64,000 nucleotides of DNA from Spirochaetales bacterium (lineage in GTDB: Bacteria > Spirochaetota > Spirochaetia > DSM-27196 > SLST01). Position numbers and translations under genes: made by a program. Of this stretch, positions 10,607 to 17,134 are shown one piece after another. Within the stretch, counting starts at the first letter, position 1. Every line of letters starts with the position of its first letter. The notes under the pieces were generated by a model. The model had not been told where the DNA came from and searched no databases. It saw only the letters and a program-made list of their open reading frames with translations. Location of the stretch: assembly GCA_046538735.1 (NCBI GenBank), contig JBKHII010000014.1, positions 291 through 64,290 on the forward strand. Direction: 5' to 3'.

Positions 10607-10931
10607 CGAGCGGACCTCCGAGATCTCGTCGCTCCTGATAGCTTCGGCGCCACGGTACGATCTCGCTCTGCCACGCGAACCGGGCGATGATGTGCGACGC
10701 GATCGGGTTCGTCACGAAGAAGAAGAGTGTGATCACGAGTATTTTGCCGGTCATCGGGCTGAAGCCGGCAATCACCATGCACGCGACGAGCACCGAGAAG
10801 ACCGATGTGGTCGTGCAGGTAGAGGATGCCTGCAGGCGAGTGTAGACGTCCGGAAAGACGAGGACGCCCAAGTTCCCCATGATGCTGAAGATCGCCCCAA
10901 GTCCGAAGAAGGCAATCGCCACCCAAGTCAT
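10599..10931 (-). CDS. mnhG: Mrp/Mnh antiporter subunit G
   Basis: 110 aa, 3 TM segments, pattern GNLGVLVFPDVYTRLQASS typical of MnhG. ATGA overlap with mnhF. Confidence 0.75.
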   Translation of the reverse strand: MTWVAIAFFGLGAIFSIMGNLGVLVFPDVYTRLQASSTCTTTSVFSVLVACMVIAGFSPMTGKILVITLFFFVTNPIASHIIARFAWQSEIVPWRRSYQERRDLGGPLDG

Positions 10932-11206
10932 GACGGTTCCGCCTTCTTCCGGAAGTAGCGCGCCATTGCGAGAATGCCGATGAAGCCGAAGATGTCGTAG
11001 ACGAGCGCGACGTCCAGGTAGTTGGATCGACCCTCACGGACCGCCACGAGCACAAGCAGCGCGAGCACCTGCGCGGAGACGATGCTGAGGCCCGTCATGC
11101 GATCCGCGGTCGTTGGCCCAATCACAACCCGGACCACGCCGACGACGCTCGATCCGAGGAAGAAGTAGATGGCATACAGCAAGATGTCGTTTATCGCTAT
11201 GTCCAT
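10928..11206 (-). CDS. mnhF: Mrp/Mnh antiporter subunit F
   Basis: Only the last 92 codons of ORF 10928..11644 look real (MDIAINDILLYAIYFF...). Has the GPTTADRM motif of MnhF. Its start overlaps the mnhE stop (ATGGACATAG). Confidence 0.75.
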   Translation of the reverse strand: MDIAINDILLYAIYFFLGSSVVGVVRVVIGPTTADRMTGLSIVSAQVLALLVLVAVREGRSNYLDVALVYDIFGFIGILAMARYFRKKAEPS

Positions 11207-11709
11207 ATGCGTTTGAGGAGCCGCTCGTACGGACCGGCGATCAGCCTGCTCGCGTACTTCGAGTGCGTGGTACGCGCGTCCAACCAGTGGACGATCAGGT
11301 GGTCGTCGTCCAGGTAAAGGGTGATCGTCCCGGGCGTCAGCGTGATCGAGTTGGTGAGCGCCACGCGAGCGATGTCCGTGCGCAGTCGTGTTCGGAAGTG
11401 CGCAACTCCGGGGTTGATCCGGCCACGAAGGATCTGCCACAGGACCTGGAAACTCGCGACGTACATGTTGAAGACGAGGACGACGAGGTAGATTCCGAGC
11501 AGCTCGATTCGCGGTACGAGCGACTTGCGCGCGACTTCGTCGTCTTCGATAAAGATCGGGTAGGTGATGACCGCGACGATGAGGCTGTGCATGAGTCCGA
11601 GAGCGAGCGAGCCGGGCGCAAGGCTCCACGTGAAGAGCAGCCAACCAATCAGGAGATAGGCGGTGGTGAGCATGACGCGCACCAGGTTCCAGCGCGTGAT
11701 CCTCGTCAT
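11197..11709 (-). CDS. mnhE: Mrp/Mnh antiporter subunit E
   Basis: 170 aa. Two N-terminal TM segments followed by ITLTPGTITL, typical of MnhE. Lies 4 nt downstream of the EIIA-like gene. Confidence 0.75.
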   Translation of the reverse strand: MTRITRWNLVRVMLTTAYLLIGWLLFTWSLAPGSLALGLMHSLIVAVITYPIFIEDDEVARKSLVPRIELLGIYLVVLVFNMYVASFQVLWQILRGRINPGVAHFRTRLRTDIARVALTNSITLTPGTITLYLDDDHLIVHWLDARTTHSKYASRLIAGPYERLLKRIWT

Positions 11710-11713
11710 CGCT

Positions 11714-12172
11714 CTACCCGCGCGACTGGAAGAGCGAGACGACGTCCTCCGGGGTCTTTGCCTGGAGCAGTGCGTCCTTCAGGCGCGAATCGTGAAGGTG
11801 GCGCGCGAGTTTGCTGAGCAGTCGAAGGTGCTCGTTGTGGGCGCCCGGAGGTCCCACCATGAGGAAGAAGAGCTGCACCGGCCGCTTGTCGACCGCGTCG
11901 AACTTCGCACCCTTGCGCTTGCGGCCGAAGGCGAGCACAGTCCCGGACGCAGACGGCGAGAGACAGTGGGGAATCGCGATTCCCCCGCCGATGCCGGTCG
12001 TGGTCAGCGATTCTCGTTCCAGCACCTGTTCGGTCACTGCGTCTACATCGTCGACCTTCCCTGCACGAGCAAGAACCTCGACCAGCTCTCGAATGATGTC
12101 CGGCTTCTTCTTCGCGGAGAGATCGAGCTCCATGCAGCTTGCGTCCAGAACTTCACCGATCGAATCGATCAC
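11714..12172 (-). CDS. PTS EIIA type-2 domain protein (EIIA-Ntr/PtsN-like regulator)
   Basis: GIGGGIAIPHC contains the phosphorylatable His of the fructose/mannitol-type EIIA fold. 152 aa. The GTG start forms a GTGA overlap with the upstream gene. Confidence 0.8.
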   Translation of the reverse strand: MIDSIGEVLDASCMELDLSAKKKPDIIRELVEVLARAGKVDDVDAVTEQVLERESLTTTGIGGGIAIPHCLSPSASGTVLAFGRKRKGAKFDAVDKRPVQLFFLMVGPPGAHNEHLRLLSKLARHLHDSRLKDALLQAKTPEDVVSLFQSRG

Positions 12173-12540
12173 GTATCACCTTCCCCTTCCGCCGCTTCGT
12201 CCAGTCCCTGTCCAACGAGCCCAACCGCCGTGTCCACGGGCAGGCTGAAGAGGATGCCCGTGCCGGGGGAGCTCAAACCTCCACAGACCTCGTCCAGGAT
12301 CGTCCGCAGCCTCTCGAACAGCGAGTCGTCATCCACGACCGAGAGTATCGTCTTGTTGTACGGCTTATTCCCCTTCATGAACTCCTTGAAATCGGCGAAC
12401 AACGGGACCTCGTACGTAAGGAAGCGGCCCATACCCTCGGAGTCGAGAATCGTCGCTCCCGTGATGCCGACTTCCACGTAAGCTTCGAGCACGCGCTCGA
12501 GGAGCTCTTCCCTGTTGAGAACGAAAACGATCAGACGCAC
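12169..12540 (-). CDS. PII-superfamily-like signalling protein
   Basis: The beta-alpha-beta layout can be read directly. MRLIVFVL is beta1, GITGATILDSEGMG is beta2 plus the T-loop base, and GTGILFSLPVDTAVGL resembles GDGKIFV.PVE of GlnB. It is not a canonical GlnB/GlnK. Confidence 0.5.
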   Translation of the reverse strand: MRLIVFVLNREELLERVLEAYVEVGITGATILDSEGMGRFLTYEVPLFADFKEFMKGNKPYNKTILSVVDDDSLFERLRTILDEVCGGLSSPGTGILFSLPVDTAVGLVGQGLDEAAEGEGDT

Positions 12541-12637
12541 TGTGCGCCCGATTATAGAACACCGATTGCGAAGACGAAAGCCGTAGAATCGTCCTGCCGG
12601 AAGCGTGCGATAAGGGCTGACGCAGCGCCGAGTACGG

Positions 12638-12662
12638 TATAGTATAGACCAAATATACTATG
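12638..12662. promoter_or_regulatory. AT-rich inverted repeat just upstream of the histone-fold gene RBS
   Basis: TATAGTATA-N7-TATACTATG matches 8 of 9 positions as an inverted repeat. It sits in a locally AT-rich 135-bp divergent intergenic region and abuts the GAGAGGAGAA RBS. Both arms look like -10 hexamers. Confidence 0.3.
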
Positions 12663-12675
12663 AGAGGAGAACAGC

Positions 12676-12861
12676 ATGAGTAACGGGGAAAACTTGGTGG
12701 TTGCATCGAAGGTCAAGGCGTACATCAAGGAGAAGGGCGACCTGAAGTGCTCCGCTGCAGTTTCTGACGCACTCTCGGACAAGATTCGCGAGATGTGCGA
12801 CGCGGCCATTGCCAGCGCGAAGGCCGACAAACGGAAGACCGTTCAAGAGAAAGACTTCTAG
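12676..12861 (+). CDS. Bacterial histone-fold protein (singlet, Bd0055/HMf-like)
   Basis: 61 aa. SAKADKRKTVQEKDF aligns with the archaeal HMfB L2/alpha3 segment AKHAGRKTIKAEDI. The N-terminal LVVASKVKAYIKEKG resembles what I recall of the Bdellovibrio histone. Strong RBS present. Confidence 0.7.
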   Translation: MSNGENLVVASKVKAYIKEKGDLKCSAAVSDALSDKIREMCDAAIASAKADKRKTVQEKDF

Positions 12862-13105
12862 GACCTGAGCCGCGGGCGATCGTTCGCGCGACCCGAGCGG
12901 TTCCGCTGCGTACGCTCGCCCGTTGCTTCTTCCTCCCCACACGAGCGCGCTTGAGGTTCCGCAGAATCCCTCGCTCACCGCCTCCGGCGTGAGTAAGCGG
13001 CCCGGCTCGCCGGGCTTCTCGCGATCACCGTCGTGGGCTCAGTCCGGCGCACTCCCAGCCGTTTGTGTTAGTGATTCCGCGCGGCGACATCCCTATCCTG
13101 TAACC

Positions 13106-13768
13106 ATGGACGAACGAAGATACAGGGATCGCGAGGATGCCGGGCACGCGCTCGCAGACGCGCTCGGCGACCTTCGCGGTCGCGACAACACGGCCGTCTA
13201 CGGGCTTGCCCGGGGCGGCGTACCGGTGGCGGCGGTGGTGGCCCGTGAGCTCGGCCTGCCGCTGGACGTGCTCGTGGTGCGCAAGGTGGGAGCGCCCGCC
13301 AACCCGGAGCTTGCGGTCGGAGCGATCACGAGTGTGGGTGGGATGGTCGTGAACGAACGGGTGATGGGCGCTACCGGTCTGTCGCGCGAGGATGTGGAGA
13401 AGCTCGCGCACGAGGAGCGAGAAGCGCTCCGTTCGCAGGAAGAGGCAATCCGGGGCGCGGGCGAGCCTATCTCGCCGGAGCGACGCACGGTCGTGCTGGT
13501 GGACGACGGCCTGGCGACGGGGGCGAGCATGGAAGCCGCAACGAAGGCGGTCCGAGCCTCCGGGGCGAGCACCGTCATCGTGGCCGTGCCGGTTGCCTCG
13601 CAGCAGGCCGTGGAGCGCGTTCGCGGCGTAGCCGATTCGGTCCACTGTCTCATGGCGCCGGCCGGGTTCTCGGCGGTCGGGCAGTGGTACGATCACTTCG
13701 GTCAGACGTCGACCTCGGAGGTCAGAACGCTTCTCGAACAGGCCCGCCGATTCGGCGGTCGTCGTTGA
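13106..13768 (+). CDS. Phosphoribosyltransferase-family protein
   Basis: PRPP-binding loop VVLVDDGLATGASM. N-terminus MDERRYRDREDAGHALA is typical of the 'putative phosphoribosyl transferase' family. The ATG at 13106 is preferred over the ORF start at 12923. Confidence 0.8.
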   Translation: MDERRYRDREDAGHALADALGDLRGRDNTAVYGLARGGVPVAAVVARELGLPLDVLVVRKVGAPANPELAVGAITSVGGMVVNERVMGATGLSREDVEKLAHEEREALRSQEEAIRGAGEPISPERRTVVLVDDGLATGASMEAATKAVRASGASTVIVAVPVASQQAVERVRGVADSVHCLMAPAGFSAVGQWYDHFGQTSTSEVRTLLEQARRFGGRR

Positions 13769-13769
13769 G

Positions 13770-14000
13770 CTCCGCGGCTTCACGGCGGAGGCGATCGACA
13801 CCGAGGCGCGCGTCACGCTCGAGAAACAGGGTGACGGTCACGCCATCACACAGATATCATTAACGACGAAGGCCGATGTGCCCGGCATCGCGCGGGATCA
13901 GTTCCTCGCGATCGCCCAGAAGGCGAAGGAAGGCTGTCCTGTCAGCCGGGCGCTCAAGGCCGTTCCGATTTCGCTCGAGGCGGAGCTCGTCTCGGAATAG
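13770..14000 (+). pseudogene. osmC: 3' remnant of an osmC-type peroxiredoxin gene (about the last 77 codons)
   Basis: My own translation of a frame not in the ORF track: LRGFTAEAIDTEARVTLEKQGDGHAITQISLTTKADVPGIARDQFLAIAQKAKEGCPVSRALKAVPISLEAELVSE*. It aligns with the C-terminal half of E. coli OsmC (AKAGCPVSQVLKAEITLDYQL). There is no start codon and no N-terminal half. Confidence 0.7.
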
Positions 14001-14017
14001 ACCGAACGGAGTCGCAC

Positions 14018-15304
14018 ATGAAGAAGGTCGTCCTTGGTGTTCTCGCGCTTGGCTTGCTCGCGGTCCCGATCGTGGCGTGGGCACAGATCGCGTCGCTGGT
14101 GCCGAACGTAGCCGTCGTCGCCCAGCAGCTCGCATGGCTGTTCGGAGTCCTCGGCTTCGTGATCCTGTTCTTTCAGTTCGTGCTTTCGTCCAGGGTCCGC
14201 TTCCTGGAGGCCGACGTTGGACTCGATCGGATGATCCACCTTCACCGGCTCACCGGCGTCGTGGGGCTCTCGCTCGTAGTGCTCCACTTCGCCGCCGTCG
14301 CCGTTTTCGAGCTCATCGAGTTCGGATACCTCAATCTCACGCTGCTCAAGTTCTCCGGGACGCTCGGCCTGCTCGTGATTCTGCTGGTGGCGTTCGCCGC
14401 ACTCTTCTACAAGCGGATCGGCTGGCGCTACGAAACGTGGAAACGGATCCACCTCGCGGGCTACCTCGTGTTCCCGATTGTCTTCATCCACTCGTACTAT
14501 CTGAGCAACCGCATCGTCACGAGCCGCCCCTACGTGGACGTCTACTGGTGGGTGTTGCTCGGGATCTACGTGGCGATCGTCCTCTACAAGATCGGTCTGG
14601 CGATCTCCGTCAGACGCAGACCGTACACCGTGAGCAGCGCGGTTGCGGCGAACCACGATGTGACCACTGTGACCTTTGAGGGGCCCGGACTCAAGCACAA
14701 GCCGGGCCAGTTCATGCTCGTCTCCGTGCAGGTGGGGGGGCGGCTCGAACCAAGCCACCCGTACACGATCGCCTCCAGCCCCGAGGCGCCGAATCTGCAG
14801 ATCTCCGCAAAGGCGGTCGGCGACTTCAGCTCGGCGCTCCGCACGGTGAAGCGCGGGAGTCGCGCCTACATCGAGGGGCCGTACGGCGTGTTCAGTTTTC
14901 TCGAGCACGACGCGCCGAGCCTTGTCTTCGTAGCCGGCGGAATCGGGATTACGCCGTTCATGAGCCAGCTCCGCCACATCCGCGATGCCGGCATGGACCG
15001 CAAGGTCCGCCTCATCTGGGGGAACAAGACGGAGGCGGACATCTGCTTCGGAGACGAGCTCGAGGCGATGAAGAGCCGGCTCACCGATTTCGACCTCGTC
15101 CATGTGATGTCGAATCAAGACGATTGGCCCGGAGAGAAGGGGTTCATCACGCGCGAGATTATCGAGCGCTACGTGGACGACATCGATACCGCCACTTTCT
15201 TCGTCTGCGGGCCGCCGATCATGATGGACAAGGTGATTCCCATGCTCGGTGCGCTCGGCGTTCCGTCGCCGCGTGTGCGATACGAGCGGTTCTCGTTGGG
15301 GTAG
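14018..15304 (+). CDS. Ferric-reductase-domain / FNR-like fusion (prokaryotic NOX-family oxidoreductase)
   Basis: Six TM segments carry H-x13-H (HRLTGVVGLSLVVLH) and H-x12-H (HLAGYLVFPIVFIH) heme-ligand pairs. Also present: FAD motif HPYTIASSP, NAD(P)H motif GGIGITPF, and a C-terminal CGPP. Confidence 0.8.
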   Translation: MKKVVLGVLALGLLAVPIVAWAQIASLVPNVAVVAQQLAWLFGVLGFVILFFQFVLSSRVRFLEADVGLDRMIHLHRLTGVVGLSLVVLHFAAVAVFELIEFGYLNLTLLKFSGTLGLLVILLVAFAALFYKRIGWRYETWKRIHLAGYLVFPIVFIHSYYLSNRIVTSRPYVDVYWWVLLGIYVAIVLYKIGLAISVRRRPYTVSSAVAANHDVTTVTFEGPGLKHKPGQFMLVSVQVGGRLEPSHPYTIASSPEAPNLQISAKAVGDFSSALRTVKRGSRAYIEGPYGVFSFLEHDAPSLVFVAGGIGITPFMSQLRHIRDAGMDRKVRLIWGNKTEADICFGDELEAMKSRLTDFDLVHVMSNQDDWPGEKGFITREIIERYVDDIDTATFFVCGPPIMMDKVIPMLGALGVPSPRVRYERFSLG

Positions 15305-15324
15305 GGCGGACCCGCTCCCTGCGC

Positions 15325-16176
15325 CTACAGGGGGAGGGCGGTTCCCGCGCGGATCGGTCGCACCTTGCCCGGTAACTCCTCTGCCAGGATCTCCACCGCG
15401 CGGTCGCCGGTGCAATGGCCGACCCAAAGCTCGGCCGCGTCCGCGAGTTGTTCCGCCACTTCACGGACGCGACCGTCCGGTTCGTGCGAGAGGTGAAGCC
15501 CGCCCACGACGATCGGTGGGCGTCCCGCCTGCCGGTAGATGTTCACGATTCCCCGATGCGAGCAGCCGGTGACGAGAACGTCCTGATCGGGAGCGTGGAC
15601 GAGGAGCGAGAGCTCGTCCTCGAACGGGTCGCGATCGAGCCCGTCCGACGTCTCGCGAAGCAGCCGTTCGTTGTCCGAGGGAGGCCTCGTCTCGAGTGGA
15701 GCGGCCGGGAGCACTTCGATTCCCGGCAGAATCTCCCGTCGCGACGAGACGGCGCGCACGCGCTCGGAGTACCGCTTGGCGAGCGACGCGTCCATGCCGA
15801 TGTCCCGCATCCCGGCCTCACCCCGGGCCCGCTTCGGGACGGTCGCGTTCTCTCCGAGGTAGAGCGGCGCAGTGGTCGCGGAGAGCGCGTGCTCGAGCCC
15901 TCCGGCGTGGTCGTAGTGTCCGTGAGACAGGACGATCGCGGTCGCGCTGCCGAGGTCAACGCCGAGCTTCCGCGCGTTGGAGGCGAACGCCGGCGATTGG
16001 CCGGTATCGAACAGAACGGCGCATTCCGGCGTCTCGATCCAGAGCGAGAGGCCGTGCTCGCTCGCGAGATCGGGTGACTCGGAGCGGTTTTCCATCAGGA
16101 CGATGATCCTCCCTCCCGCTTGAGCGCCGTCGCTCGCAACCCCGGCCGGCGACGTTGCGATCTGTGTGTTCGTCAT
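15325..16176 (-). CDS. MBL-fold metallo-hydrolase
   Basis: HGHYDHAGGL metal-binding motif. N-terminus IIVLMENRS..EHGLSLWIE is typical of COG1237-type MBL proteins. The ATG at 16176 forms an ATGA overlap with the upstream gene. Confidence 0.8.
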   Translation of the reverse strand: MTNTQIATSPAGVASDGAQAGGRIIVLMENRSESPDLASEHGLSLWIETPECAVLFDTGQSPAFASNARKLGVDLGSATAIVLSHGHYDHAGGLEHALSATTAPLYLGENATVPKRARGEAGMRDIGMDASLAKRYSERVRAVSSRREILPGIEVLPAAPLETRPPSDNERLLRETSDGLDRDPFEDELSLLVHAPDQDVLVTGCSHRGIVNIYRQAGRPPIVVGGLHLSHEPDGRVREVAEQLADAAELWVGHCTGDRAVEILAEELPGKVRPIRAGTALPL

Positions 16177-16976
16177 CGTGTGTGCTCCTCGCTCCATTCT
16201 ACACCGAGATCCGGGTGCGGAGACCAGGAGGATACCGGGCCGGAGACCTTCTGAGGCTTGCGCCACCGGACCGGTGGCGTCTGGAGCTGCGATCGCCGGA
16301 CCCGCCGGATCGACTCCCGCGGGTGCTCCTTCACCCGGTGTCGGATCATCCGATCGAGGTAGTTCACCGGGAAGAGCGGGCTACCGATCGTGCGCGGGGA
16401 GGTGCTCGGCGTCTGCTCGATCTTCAGCATCTCGGCCTGTCGGTACCATCCGAGCGCCGCGTCGGCGTTCATCACCGAGGCGTAGAGCGGGTTCTCGTCG
16501 GTATCGATCTTGATCGGGTGAGGCCCTGCGAACCGCGGTAACTCTTTGACCAGCAAACGGATACTCTCGGCAAGCGCACCCGGCGTCGGCCTCCAGATCG
16601 TCCGCTTGCGCTCGATGCGCTTCTGTTGTCGCCTCGTGCGCCGTCCGCCTCGCTCGCCCACGTAGTGCGTCATCGCAAGCACCATCTCCACCGACCGGTC
16701 GACCAACGTCTGGATCTGCGACGGGAAGTCGTGGCTCGTGACCGCGCTCACCAGACCGTCGAAGACGAGCTCGCCCGGCAGATCGAGCCTGCGCTTGGCG
16801 TAGTAGTGCATTGACTCGGTCTGCATGCCCATCCCTTTGCCGCAGTGCTTGCAGACGAAACGCTGGACGGTTCCGTGGGCGATCGTCTCGTAGGTTCCGG
16901 CGCGAGCGAGCCAGTTCGGGGGCGGGCTGTCGGCATTCGGACACGCGGGATTCCTGCAGTATTGAGGTCGTGGCAT
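16173..16976 (-). CDS. Zn-ribbon protein with a degenerate IS1-family transposase core
   Basis: N-terminal CxxxxC...CxxC ribbon (CRNPACP...CKHCG). TDENPLY matches IS1 InsB TDGWPLY. NYLDRMIRHRVKEHPRESI matches [20 protein letters not shown]. The first catalytic Asp position reads EMV rather than EMD, and Glu is replaced by Asp. Confidence 0.45.
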   Translation of the reverse strand: MPRPQYCRNPACPNADSPPPNWLARAGTYETIAHGTVQRFVCKHCGKGMGMQTESMHYYAKRRLDLPGELVFDGLVSAVTSHDFPSQIQTLVDRSVEMVLAMTHYVGERGGRRTRRQQKRIERKRTIWRPTPGALAESIRLLVKELPRFAGPHPIKIDTDENPLYASVMNADAALGWYRQAEMLKIEQTPSTSPRTIGSPLFPVNYLDRMIRHRVKEHPRESIRRVRRSQLQTPPVRWRKPQKVSGPVSSWSPHPDLGVEWSEEHTR

Positions 16977-17134
16977 GTAACTCTTTACGGGAGAAAACCG
17001 CGTGGTGCTTCACTTCAGCACGGTCGGTGACATTCTGGATTGCCCGCGCGGGATGGGCGTGGTATCCTAAGCCCCCAGTCGGTCGCCGGCCGATAGCGGC
17101 CGATTGATGCCGCGCAGGCAAGAGGAGGTCGCCG

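Noticed and set aside
12566-12589. TTGCGA ... TAGAAT as the histone-gene promoter
   Set aside because: The hexamers are separated by only 12 nt, which is incompatible with a sigma70-type promoter. No better -35 was found for the TATAGT/TATACT boxes either, so no promoter is called.
13000-13020. 6-bp GC hairpin GCCCGG-CTCG-CCGGGC followed by TTCT, about 140 nt after the histone-fold gene
   Set aside because: The stem is short, the T-tract is poor, and it is distant from the stop codon. It is not convincing as a terminator.
17016-17025. GGTGACATTC resembling the GGTGA start of IS1 terminal repeats, upstream of the IS1-like gene
   Set aside because: I found no inverted partner on the other side of the gene (15.3-16.2 kb was scanned by eye). 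The gene's 3' end is fused by an ATGA overlap to the MBL gene, so no IS boundaries can be drawn.
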